Shown here: positions 32,114 to 40,543 of the stretch, in pieces
How the letters are laid out: every line of letters starts with the position of its first letter
How positions within the stretch are numbered: position 1 is the stretch's first letter
From: an uncultured Oscillospiraceae bacterium
GTDB taxonomy: Bacteria > Bacillota > Clostridia > Oscillospirales > Ruminococcaceae
DNA length: 64,000 bases
Direction of reading: 5' to 3'
NCBI GenBank assembly: GCA_910579545.1
Contig: CAJTVI010000001.1
Span: forward strand, 106,360-170,359
Program-made: the position numbers and the translations under genes
Notes under the pieces: generated by a model
The model's input: the letters and a program-made list of their open reading frames with translations, nothing else
Told to the model about the DNA's origin: nothing
Databases searched by the model: none

Positions 32114-33085
32114 ATGAAACAGTTTACTGCCGGCAGCAACGAGGAGGGGATGCGGCTTTCCCGCTTTGTGGAAAAGGTCACCACCGGCCTGCCCGCCGGG
32201 CTGATGTACCGGAGCTTCCGCGCAAAGCGCATCAAGGTAAACGGCAGGCGCGCCGCGCCGGACGCCCGGCTGAAGGCGGGCGATCTGATCGAGCTCTATC
32301 TCAACGACGAGTTTTTTGCCCCCGCGCCGGCCCGGCCGACCCGCCGCCCGCCCAAGGTGACGGTGGTGTACGAGGACGAGGCCATTGCCGTGCTGTACAA
32401 GCCCGCGCACCTGCTCTGCCATTCGGACAAGACCGGCGACGCCAGCCTGGTGGAGGGGTTTTGCGCCTATCTTGCGCAAAAGGGCGGGTACCGTCCGGAA
32501 GAGGAACAGGCCTTTGCGCCGGCGCTCTGCAACCGGCTGGACCGCGGCACCGAGGGCCTTGTGATCGCGGCCAAGACCTACCCCGCCCTGCGGGAGATGA
32601 ACGAGGCCATCCGGCAGGGGCTGGTGCACAAGGAATACCTCACCATTACCTGCGGGGTGCCGCCGCAGGGCCGGCACACGGCCTACCTGCGGCATGACGA
32701 AAAGGCCAACCGGGTCACCGTGCGGCCCGACGCAGCGCCCGGCTACAAGGAGAGCATTACCGAGGTGACCGTGCTTAAAACCGCCGGCCCCTTTGCGCTC
32801 TGCCGCATTGGGCTGATCACCGGGCGCACCCACCAGATCCGGGCGCATCTTGCTTTTTTGGGCGCGCCGGTGCTGGGGGACGTCAAGTACGGCAGCCGCC
32901 GGCTCAACGAGCGCACCGGCTGCAAAACCCAGGCCCTCTGCGCACAGCGGCTCTGCTTTGACCCCCTGCCCGAAACCGGCAGCCTGCGCGGGCTTTCGGG
33001 CAGGGAAATCGCGCTAAAGCAGCCGGCCATCCTCAAACAGTTTGAGGCGCTGGCGGCGGGGCCGGCGGGCAAAACGCAGCGGTGA
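32114..33085 (+). CDS. RluA-family 23S rRNA/tRNA pseudouridine synthase with N-terminal S4 domain
   Basis: The start at the ATG at 32114 gives 'MKQFTAGSNEEGMRLSRFV'. It carries the catalytic 'NRLDRGTEGL' and 'GRTHQIRAH' motifs. Confidence 0.87.
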   Translation: MKQFTAGSNEEGMRLSRFVEKVTTGLPAGLMYRSFRAKRIKVNGRRAAPDARLKAGDLIELYLNDEFFAPAPARPTRRPPKVTVVYEDEAIAVLYKPAHLLCHSDKTGDASLVEGFCAYLAQKGGYRPEEEQAFAPALCNRLDRGTEGLVIAAKTYPALREMNEAIRQGLVHKEYLTITCGVPPQGRHTAYLRHDEKANRVTVRPDAAPGYKESITEVTVLKTAGPFALCRIGLITGRTHQIRAHLAFLGAPVLGDVKYGSRRLNERTGCKTQALCAQRLCFDPLPETGSLRGLSGREIALKQPAILKQFEALAAGPAGKTQR

Positions 33086-33173
33086 GGGAGCACCCCCCTG
33101 CTGGCGCATCAAAAGGCTTATCGCTTGCGCGCCTTGGGGCCCGCCCGGCTAAGCCAAACGCGGCTGTGCCCCC

Positions 33174-33488
33174 TTATTTTTTGCGCGCCTTGGGGGGCGG
33201 CAGCGCGGCGCAGGTGGCGCGGGCCAGCTGGCAGAGCAGCGCCGCATCCTCCACCTCCTCCACTGCAAGGCAGGGCTTTGCCCCCGGGTAAGGCGGTTTT
33301 TCGGGGCAGCCGGGCAGCAGGGCCCGGCCGGCCGCGGTGGGCTTTACAAAAAGGGTATCGTCGCAGACACAGGCAAAATAGACCCCCTCGCAATAAAGCC
33401 CATATTCGCCAAACATCCGCCGGGCCGATACCTTTGCCGGGGCCATCTGGTCGCACAGATAGTCCACGAACTGCTTGCTGGACGCCAT
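33174..33488 (-). CDS. TfoX/Sxy N-terminal-domain protein
   Basis: 104 aa from the ATG at 33488 (AAAGGAGGGG ribosome-binding site). 'FVDYLCDQM...ARRMFGEYGLYCEGVYFACVCDDTLFVK' matches the TfoX_N pattern. There is no C-terminal HhH domain. Confidence 0.65.
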   Translation of the reverse strand: MASSKQFVDYLCDQMAPAKVSARRMFGEYGLYCEGVYFACVCDDTLFVKPTAAGRALLPGCPEKPPYPGAKPCLAVEEVEDAALLCQLARATCAALPPPKARKK

Positions 33489-33654
33489 CCTGTTCCCCTC
33501 CTTTTTTCTGTGCGGCGCGCAGGCGGGTTTCGCCCTTTTTGCCGCTCTGTCAGGATACCACACAAAACAAGACAACTGTATGTCCTGTTTTGTACTTCCT
33601 ATAAATGGGGACCAGGGGGGCAAAGAACCTCTTGCCGCCCCATGCCAAACCAAC

Positions 33655-33708
33655 AAAATAAAAGAGCGCCCGCGGGCCGGCCGGCCCATGGACGCTCTTT
33701 TATTTTGG
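33655..33708. terminator. Intrinsic terminator downstream of the FlxA-like gene
   Basis: AAAGAGCG...CGCTCTTT stem (33661-33700) flanked by A-rich and T-rich runs. Confidence 0.6.
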
Positions 33709-33746
33709 GTTCTGTCAAAGGCAGCCGCCGGGCCGCGCCGGTTTTT

Positions 33747-34364
33747 TTACGAAAAGCTGTATTCCGCGTGCTGGCGCCGGTAGGTATCGTTGTCCTTCTG
33801 GCTCAGCTCCTGCTCGATCTGCGCCACCCTTGCCTGCAGCGTGCGGGCCTTTGTTTCGTCCGTTTCGGCCTTGAGCTGCCGTTCCAGCTCCTGCTTTTGC
33901 TTTTTCAGCGCCTCGATCTCACGGTCCACCCTGCCGGTATCCACGGTGCAGCGTTCCTCGCCATCCTCCGGGGCCCGCTTTTCCTCTGGCCCCTCGGCCG
34001 CTTTACCCGGCTGGGGAGCGTCGGCGGCCGGGGTATCCGCGGTCTGCCGGGGCTGCGCGGGCGCGTCTTGGGGCTGCGCGCCGCCGGACGCGGGCGTATC
34101 CCCCGCTTCTGGCCGCGCGGGGCCGCCGGCCGGCTGCTGCGGGCCGTCGTAAAAAACCACCTGCCTGCCGTCCCCATCCCTTTCGAGCCAATACCGCCCC
34201 GAGGGCGGCTCTTTTTGTTCGGGGGTGTACTCGTCCGCCGCCGGCCGCAGCGGGCGGCCTTGATCCTGCTCATGGGGCGGCCGGTCCTGGGGCGCGCCTT
34301 GTATGCCGGCGGCCTGCGCCAAGGGCCGGGCGGCGTCCGGGTTCAAACCAGAAATGGGATGCAT
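33747..34364 (-). CDS. Hypothetical proline/acid-rich protein with a C-terminal FlxA-like coiled coil
   Basis: 205 aa from the ATG at 34364 (GGAGGAA ribosome-binding site). The N-terminal two-thirds are low complexity (P/A/Q/D/E). The C-terminus 'VDREIEALKKQKQELERQLKAETDE...ARVAQIEQELSQKDNDTYRRQ' is a heptad-like coiled coil. Confidence 0.5.
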   Translation of the reverse strand: MHPISGLNPDAARPLAQAAGIQGAPQDRPPHEQDQGRPLRPAADEYTPEQKEPPSGRYWLERDGDGRQVVFYDGPQQPAGGPARPEAGDTPASGGAQPQDAPAQPRQTADTPAADAPQPGKAAEGPEEKRAPEDGEERCTVDTGRVDREIEALKKQKQELERQLKAETDETKARTLQARVAQIEQELSQKDNDTYRRQHAEYSFS

Positions 34365-34408
34365 ACGATCTTCCTCCGATCCGCTCAAAAGATTTTGTGG
34401 CTGTATAC

Positions 34409-34436
34409 ACTATACCGCTTCCAAATGATACGGCAA
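34409..34436 (-). promoter_or_regulatory. Sigma-A-type promoter of the FlxA-like gene
   Basis: On the minus strand: TTGCCG, 16-nt spacer, TATAGT. Confidence 0.5.
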
Positions 34437-34570
34437 GGCTTTTGCGCCGGAATGCCGCTTAAATGCCACGAAATGCCCGGCGGCCGGCCTTTTGCCGCGC
34501 AGCATGCGGGGAAAATGCAAAAAATTTGCCGGGCCTTGTATCCTTTTGCCCCTCTGCGGTGTTATAGAGG

Positions 34571-35149
34571 GTGAAGCCAAAAACACAGGGAATGGGGGGA
34601 TTTGCCTTGCGGGAGCGGCAAGAGCAGGAGCTGGCCTGCCGGGCAAGGCGCGGCGACCGGGAGGCGCTGGAGGAACTGATCGCCCTTTTGTACCCGGCCG
34701 TATTCGCCTACTTTTACAAAAACACCGGCAGCTATCACGGCTCCAAGGACCTGACCCAGGAGGTTTTTATCCGCATGGCCGCCGGCATCGCCCGGTACAG
34801 GCCCATAAAGCCCTTTAAAAGCTGGCTGTTTGCCATTGCCTCCAACCAGCTTAAAAACCACTGGCGCACCCTTGCCCGCCGGCGCGAAGGCCCCCTGCCC
34901 TGCCCGGAGCCCGCCGGCCGCGACCCCGCCCTTGCCGGCATTGAGGAGCAGGCCGTGCTAAAGGCCGCCCTTGGCCGGCTGCCGCCCGAGCAGAAGGAGG
35001 CCCTGATCCTGCGCTTTTACTGCGGCTTTGCCCTGCGGGAGATCGCCGGCATCACCGGCGCGGCCGAGAGCACCGTCAAGGCGCGCATCCGCTACGGGCT
35101 TGAAAAACTGCGAAAGGAGCTGACCTGTGATGAACCCTGCAAACCATGA
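34571..35149 (+). CDS. ECF-type RNA polymerase sigma-70 family factor
   Basis: Region 2 is 'DLTQEVFIRMA...F..WLFAIASN' and region 4 is 'EALILRFYCGFALREIAGITGAAESTVKARI'. Start uncertain (GTG 34571, ATG 34592 or a nearby TTG). Confidence 0.85.
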   Translation: MKPKTQGMGGFALRERQEQELACRARRGDREALEELIALLYPAVFAYFYKNTGSYHGSKDLTQEVFIRMAAGIARYRPIKPFKSWLFAIASNQLKNHWRTLARRREGPLPCPEPAGRDPALAGIEEQAVLKAALGRLPPEQKEALILRFYCGFALREIAGITGAAESTVKARIRYGLEKLRKELTCDEPCKP

Positions 35150-35900
35150 CCCCGCCGCCGGGCTTTGCGGCGCAGAGCAGCGGCTGGCCCGACAGATCGC
35201 CGCCGGGCCGGTGCCCCCCGTGCCGGCCGAGGAGATCCGCGCCGTGTGCAGAATGGCCGCCGCCTGCTGCTGCCCGCCCCAGGGTGCGGGCACCCTGGGA
35301 TTTTGGCGGGTGGTTTGGGGCTGCCTGCGCACCCAGTGCGGCTTTTTGGGGGCTGTGGGGGCGTTTTTGCTGGCCAGCGGCGCGCTGATCCGGGCGCTTT
35401 GCGCGCAGCAGGGCCTCGATCCCCTGCCCCTGATCACGGCGCTGGCCCCCTGCCCGCTGCTGGCCTTTATCATCCGGGAACTGCAAACCCGGGATCAAAA
35501 CCTTTGCGCGCTGGAAAGAACCTGCAAATATTCCCCCCGCGAGGTAATGCTGGCGCAGCTGTGGGTGTGCATGGGCCTTTACGCGCTGCTGCTGCTGGGG
35601 CTGGGCGCGGCGGTACTGCCCGGTTCGGCCGGCCTGATACGGCTGTATGCCTGCGCCTTTACCGCCCTGTTTTTGGTGGGCGGCGCGGCACTGCTTTTGC
35701 TGCCCTGTTTGTCCGGCGGGCTGCCCCTCTCGCTGCTGCTGGCGGCCTGGGTGCTGGGGGCCTCGGGGCTGCTGGCCCAGCCCGAGGTGATCGACCGGAT
35801 CATGGGCGCCGCCCAAGGGCTTATGCTGGGCGGCGCGGCGCTGAGCGGGGCGTTTTTTTGCGCCGCGGCGGCAAACGCGCTCAAGCGGCGGTATGCCTGA
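35127..35900 (+). CDS. Polytopic membrane protein, candidate anti-sigma factor
   Basis: About 256 aa. It overlaps the sigma gene end by 23 nt. It has a roughly 60-aa cytoplasmic N-terminus with a Cys cluster (C..CRMAAACCC) followed by about 6 predicted transmembrane segments. No HxxxCxxC (ZAS) motif. The role is inferred from position only. Confidence 0.4.
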   Translation: MMNPANHDPAAGLCGAEQRLARQIAAGPVPPVPAEEIRAVCRMAAACCCPPQGAGTLGFWRVVWGCLRTQCGFLGAVGAFLLASGALIRALCAQQGLDPLPLITALAPCPLLAFIIRELQTRDQNLCALERTCKYSPREVMLAQLWVCMGLYALLLLGLGAAVLPGSAGLIRLYACAFTALFLVGGAALLLLPCLSGGLPLSLLLAAWVLGASGLLAQPEVIDRIMGAAQGLMLGGAALSGAFFCAAAANALKRRYA

Positions 35901-35959
35901 GCCGGCCTTCCGGCGGGCCGGGCGGCCGCAATACAATAACCCGAAAGGACCAAAAAGCA

Positions 35960-36829
35960 ATGGAACTGACAGTTAGCGAACTTACCAAGGATTTTGGCAA
36001 AAAACGCGCGGTGGACCATGTATCCTTTGCCCTTACCCCGGGGGTGTACGGCCTGCTGGGGCCAAACGGCGCGGGCAAAACCACCCTGATGAAGATGATG
36101 GTGGACCTTTTGCGCCCCACCCAGGGCAGGGTGTTGCTGGACGGGGTGGGCATCCGGGAGTTGGGCGCCGCCTACCGGGACAAGCTGGGCTATATGCCCC
36201 AGGAAATTGGTGTGTACAAAAACTTTTCGGCCCAGCGGTTTTTATGCTACATTGCGGCCCTAAAAGGGCTTTCGGCCCGGCAGGCCGAGCAAAAAACCGC
36301 CCGGCTGCTGCGGCTTGTGGGCTTACAGGATGCCGCCAAAAAAAAGCTGGGCGGGTTTTCGGGCGGGATGCTGCGCCGCGTGGGCATTGCGCAGGCCCTC
36401 TTAAACGACCCCTCCATCCTGATTTTGGACGAGCCCACCGCCGGGCTGGACCCGCAGGAGCGCATCCGGCTGCGCAACATCCTCTCGGAGCTGGCCGAAA
36501 ACCGGATCGTGCTGCTCTCCACCCATATCATATCGGACATGGAGTTTATCGCCGGCCAGGTGATCATGATGCGGGCCGGCAGCATCCTGCGCACCGGCAC
36601 CACCGCCGGGCTTTTGCGCCAGATGCAGGGCAAGGTCTGGCTTGCCAGGATCCCGCACGAGGCGTTGGCCGAGGCAAAGGCGCGCTATGTGATCGGCAAT
36701 ATTTTGCAGCGGCCGGACGGCGTGGAGCTGCGGATCGTGGCGGACGCCCCGCCGGCCCTGCCCTGCCAGCCGGCGGGGCCGGTGCTGGAGGACGTGTTCA
36801 GCTATTATTTTGGAGGGGCTGCGCTGTGA
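35960..36829 (+). CDS. ABC transporter ATP-binding protein (ABC-2/YxlF-like)
   Basis: Walker A 'GPNGAGKTT', signature 'FSGGMLRR', Walker B 'ILILDEPTAGLD' and an H-loop. The ATG at 35960 is internal to a longer spurious ORF. Confidence 0.92.
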   Translation: MELTVSELTKDFGKKRAVDHVSFALTPGVYGLLGPNGAGKTTLMKMMVDLLRPTQGRVLLDGVGIRELGAAYRDKLGYMPQEIGVYKNFSAQRFLCYIAALKGLSARQAEQKTARLLRLVGLQDAAKKKLGGFSGGMLRRVGIAQALLNDPSILILDEPTAGLDPQERIRLRNILSELAENRIVLLSTHIISDMEFIAGQVIMMRAGSILRTGTTAGLLRQMQGKVWLARIPHEALAEAKARYVIGNILQRPDGVELRIVADAPPALPCQPAGPVLEDVFSYYFGGAAL

Positions 36830-38022
36830 ACGGAAGGATCATCAAAACCGAATTGTACAAAATCTGCTCAAAGCGGGTGGTGTGGGTCTCGATGGGGCTG
36901 TTTTTGGCCCTGTTTTTGGCGCTTCACCTGCAGTTTTTGGGCAAGCCCGGGGTACAGTACACCCTGCAGCCGGTCAAAGCCGAGCTGGCCGCCGCCCTGA
37001 AAGACGAGGCCCTGTGCGGCTTTATCCGCGAGGGCGGCTATGCCCGCACCACCGCAGAACTATTGCCCCGCCTGCCCCAAAGCGTACAGGACTACATTGC
37101 GCAGTACCAGGGCAGCGAGCGGGTGTTCCGCTCACTGAACGCCAGCCTTGCCAGTTCGCTCAACAGCTATGTAGAGCGGGCGGACCGCCGCGCCGCCTGG
37201 CTTGCCCAGCTGGCCGAGGAGGCCGCCGCGGGCGACGGCACCGCCCTTACGGCGGCCAAGCAGCGGATGCTGCGGCAGTACCGCGCCGCCCCGGCCCGGC
37301 TGGAACTGAACCTGGAGCCGGGCGCAAACGCCCTGATCGATGTAAACCACGCGGCGGTTTTTCCGGGGCTGGTGATGCTGGTGATTTTGGTGGGGCTGGC
37401 GGGTGTTTACGCGGACGAAGCCGCCAGCGGCGTGCAGCCGGCCCTGCTTACCAGCCGCTAGGGGCGGGGCTGCGTATTTTGGTGCAAGGCCTGCGCGGCC
37501 GCCCTTTTTGTGGCGGGGGTGGTGGTTTGTATGGAGGGCTTTGCCCTTACGGCGGCCGCCTTTTGCTACCACTGGCCGGACACTTCGGTTACGGCCGCCA
37601 GCACCTATGGGCTCTCGCTGGCCGCCTGCCCCGGCACGGTGCTGGGGTTCTGTTTGCGGCAGGCCGCCGGCACCCTTGCGGCTGGGCTGGCGCTGGGCAG
37701 CCTGGTGCTCTGCCTGTCGGCCCACAGCAAAAGCGCGCTGGCACCCTTTTTTGCGGCGGGGCTTTACTATGGGGGCACCGCGCTGTACGCAAACCAGGCC
37801 GCTTTTCCGCCGTATCTCTCTACACTTCTTTCGCTGCCGGGCGAATGGAGCCTTTTTATGCTGCAAACCCAGGTGGAGTTGGTTTCACCCCCGCGCTGTA
37901 CAAATCTGTTTGGCCTTGTGCTGCCCGCCCTTACCGCCAACCTGCTGTTCCAGCTGGCCTTTACGGCGGCCTGCCTTGCCCTGTGCTACCGCGGCTATAC
38001 CCAAAAGCAGGTGATGGCATGA
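36826..38022 (+). pseudogene. ABC-2-type permease interrupted by a single in-frame TAG (37459-37461)
   Basis: The GTG start overlaps the ATPase stop (GTGA). The N-terminal piece (TM1, a large extracytoplasmic loop and TM2) ends 'ALLTSR*'. The same frame continues 'GRGCVFWCKACAAALF...' into the 37510..38022 ORF, which has more transmembrane segments and no ribosome-binding site of its own. Confidence 0.6.
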
Positions 38023-38813
38023 TCCGGCTTGTTTTGCGCGCCGCCCTGCTGGAGTGGCTGCATATTGCCCGCCGGGGCGCGGCCTGGCTGCTGGCGGCCT
38101 GCTTTGGGCTGCTGGCCCTGGCGGCCTGCCTGTTTGAGGGGCTGCGGCAAAGCTATTTTAGCGCCGCCCCAAGCCTGCCCCTTTTTTTGCTGGAACTGGC
38201 CGCGCCGCCCTTTTTGGCCTTGGGGCTGGCGGCCGCGCTCTGCCCGGTGTTTGCCGGCCGGGAGGAGCGGCAGGTGGCCGGCCTTGCCGACGCCTGCCGC
38301 CTGGGGCGGGCCGGCGGCGTGCTGGCAAAGCTGCTGGGCGCGCTCTGGTTTGGCGGGGGGCTCTGCCTGCTCTATGGGCTGCTCTGCGTGGGCCTGCCCG
38401 CCCTGTTTGGCCTTTACAACGGCAGCCTGCCGGTCGCCTGCCTGGGCGACGACCTTGTGCTGCACCCGGTGTGGGCCGTATGGCGGCACCTTGCCTTTGC
38501 CCTTTGCTGCCTTGGCTGCGGCTGCGCCCTGCTTGCGCTGCTGGCGCTTTGTTTTTCCCGCCGGGCGTCCGGGCCGGGGGCGGCCGCGGCCGGCTGTGCG
38601 GTGGTGCTGCTGCTGGAGGTTCTCTTTCAGCGGTTTTCCTTCCCGGTATTTCTCAGGGAATATAACCTCTGGATGCTCTTTACCCCCTATTCCCTCTTTG
38701 GCAGCACCCTCTACCCGCTGCCGCCCTGGCAAAACCTGCTGTTGGTGATGCTGGCCTTTTTGCCGGCCGCGTTGGCCCTGCTCTGGCTGCTTTTTTGCCC
38801 GCAGGAGGGCTGA
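38019..38813 (+). CDS. Second ABC-2-like permease/membrane protein
   Basis: 264-aa hydrophobic protein. Its ATG overlaps the previous stop (ATGA). It lies in the C-terminal part of the 36810..38813 ORF. Confidence 0.5.
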   Translation: MIRLVLRAALLEWLHIARRGAAWLLAACFGLLALAACLFEGLRQSYFSAAPSLPLFLLELAAPPFLALGLAAALCPVFAGREERQVAGLADACRLGRAGGVLAKLLGALWFGGGLCLLYGLLCVGLPALFGLYNGSLPVACLGDDLVLHPVWAVWRHLAFALCCLGCGCALLALLALCFSRRASGPGAAAAGCAVVLLLEVLFQRFSFPVFLREYNLWMLFTPYSLFGSTLYPLPPWQNLLLVMLAFLPAALALLWLLFCPQEG

Positions 38814-38873
38814 CCCGCGCTATCCCCCAAAGCAAAGTCACCCGGCCTGCCCATAAACGCCAAAACCCCCGGC

Positions 38874-38920
38874 GCGTCCCCCTTGTTTAAAGGGCAGGCG
38901 CACCGGGGACGCTTTTTATT
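38874..38920 (+). terminator. Intrinsic terminator of the ECF-sigma/ABC cluster
   Basis: GCGTCCCC...GGGGACGC stem followed by TTTTTATT. The T tract overlaps the stop codon of the convergent Toprim gene. Confidence 0.7.
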
Positions 38921-39509
38921 CGGCCGCCGGCTGCTGCGCAAGGGCGGCAAATTCCTCGTAGGTGTACAGCCGGTTCAGCAGTTCGCACAGCGCCTTTTTG
39001 GAAAGGCGCGGCGGCAGCCCGGCCTTTTTTAGCAGCGCGCGGCGGCGCACAGCGCTGCCCGCCGTGCCCGAAAGCCCCCACTCGTACAGGTCGGCATAGG
39101 TGATGGCCCGGCCGGCGCGGGGGGCGCGGGGCTCTGCGCCGGCGTCCAGCAGCGCCTGGTACAGCAGCCCGGCCGGCACCCCCTCCACCCCCAAAAGGCC
39201 CTCTTTGCCGGGCTGCGGCTTGCGCGGCTCCTTGCCTGGCAGGGCCGGCACATACGCCTGGAGCACATGCTCCTCCCCCACCAGCCCGGTGACGAAATGC
39301 CGGATGCGGAAGCCCGCGGCGTCCGGGTCGGTCAAGAGCAGGATGCCCTGCCGCCGGCCCAGGGTGCGCAGAAGGGCCTGCAGCGCCTTGTTGCGGTAGA
39401 TGCCAAAGCCGTCGGTGGTAAGGATCAAAGCGTCCACCAGCCCCGCAAGCTTGGCGGCGTCGTATTTTCCCTCCACCAGCACCACCTGGCCGATGCGCAG
39501 CCGCTCCAT
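38916..39509 (-). CDS. Toprim-domain protein (RNase M5-like, with DUF4093-type C-terminus)
   Basis: 'VVLVEGKYDAAKL' and 'LLLTDPDAAG' Toprim motifs. The start shares one nt with the holA stop (TGATG). Confidence 0.7.
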   Translation of the reverse strand: MERLRIGQVVLVEGKYDAAKLAGLVDALILTTDGFGIYRNKALQALLRTLGRRQGILLLTDPDAAGFRIRHFVTGLVGEEHVLQAYVPALPGKEPRKPQPGKEGLLGVEGVPAGLLYQALLDAGAEPRAPRAGRAITYADLYEWGLSGTAGSAVRRRALLKKAGLPPRLSKKALCELLNRLYTYEEFAALAQQPAAE

Positions 39510-40543
39510 CAGCGAGCCCCCACCGCCGCCAGGCGGCAGACCGCCTGCTCCAGCAAAATATCCTTATTGAGGGGGGAACTTTTGAGGGCGGTATCCAGCT
39601 CCTGCAAAACCTGCAGCGAGGCCGCAAGCTGGCGTTTTGTGTAGCGGGCCGCCGCCTCGCCGGATTTTTTGAGCCGGTAGTCCTTGCCGGTGTAGGCAAA
39701 ATCCTTGAACACCTGCTGGTAGGGGCGCTGGGCCTCCTGCCCGGCCTTGACCCGGTACATATCCAGGTAGCTTGCGATCATGGCCGCCGCAATGCTGGCG
39801 GGGTCGTTTTGGGCGCGCCGCAGCGCCTGCAGCTTTTTGCAGGCCGCCGCGGCGTTTTTGCCGTTGATAAGCCGGATCATCTCAAACACGTCCGCCTCAA
39901 GGCTTTGCACCCCCATCTGCCGCACAAGCGCCGGCGTGATCTCGGTATAGCCGCAGGCCGCCGCCAGCTTGTCCAGTTCGTTTTGCAGCAAAAAGAGGTC
40001 CGGTCCGCAGCGTTCCAGCATCAGGCGGGCCGCCCCATCCGGCAAAACGGTATCCAACTCCCTGGCGCGGGCCGAGAGCAGCTGGGCCATTTCCCGCTGG
40101 GTGGGCGGGGCCATCTGGGCCGCGTAGCCCAGCTGCCCACAGCAGGCGATCAGCCGCTCGGCCCGCTTGGGCATGTTTTTTAGCGTCCGTTCGTCCTCAA
40201 ACCGGGTGGTGAGGATAAACGCCGCGTTTTCGGCGCTGGAAAGCAGGTCGCATAGGCTGTCCAGGTCCTTGTCGGAATAGGCGGAGGGCTGCAAAAAGGG
40301 CAGCAGGATCACCCGGCGGGTGCCAAACAGCGAGATCACGCCCGCCGCCATGGTCAGTTCCCCAAGGTCGGGGGCGGGGCCGTCCAGCCTGGTCACCTCT
40401 AAATCCTCGTCCTCCTCCCCCTTGAGCGCCGAGAGGGCCCGGCCGGCCGCGCGCTGCAAAAAAAACGGGTCCGACCCATAAAAATAGTACACCGGCACGC
40501 CTTTTTTAAGCGCCGCGCTCAGGGCTGCGTCACTGTGGATCAT
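39509..40543 (-). CDS. holA: DNA polymerase III delta subunit
   Basis: About 344 aa from the ATG at 40543 (GAGGAG 7 nt upstream). It has a delta-subunit-like layout ('VYYFYGSDPFF', 'SLFGTRRVILL') and sits downstream of comEC, as in other Firmicutes. Confidence 0.85.
   Translation of the reverse strand: MIHSDAALSAALKKGVPVYYFYGSDPFFLQRAAGRALSALKGEEDEDLEVTRLDGPAPDLGELTMAAGVISLFGTRRVILLPFLQPSAYSDKDLDSLCDLLSSAENAAFILTTRFEDERTLKNMPKRAERLIACCGQLGYAAQMAPPTQREMAQLLSARARELDTVLPDGAARLMLERCGPDLFLLQNELDKLAAACGYTEITPALVRQMGVQSLEADVFEMIRLINGKNAAAACKKLQALRRAQNDPASIAAAMIASYLDMYRVKAGQEAQRPYQQVFKDFAYTGKDYRLKKSGEAAARYTKRQLAASLQVLQELDTALKSSPLNKDILLEQAVCRLAAVGAR

Noticed and set aside
34516-34541. ECF-like autoregulatory promoter (TGCAAA-N16-GTAT) upstream of the sigma gene.
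   Set aside because: The -10 part lacks the CGT core typical of ECF promoters, and the match is too short to distinguish from chance.
37459-37461. The in-frame TAG as a pyrrolysine or otherwise recoded codon.
   Set aside because: The host gene is an ABC-2 permease, not a methylamine methyltransferase. There is no pyl gene context in the window, and TAG is used as a genuine stop at 57073-57075. A nonsense mutation or a sequencing error is the simpler reading.
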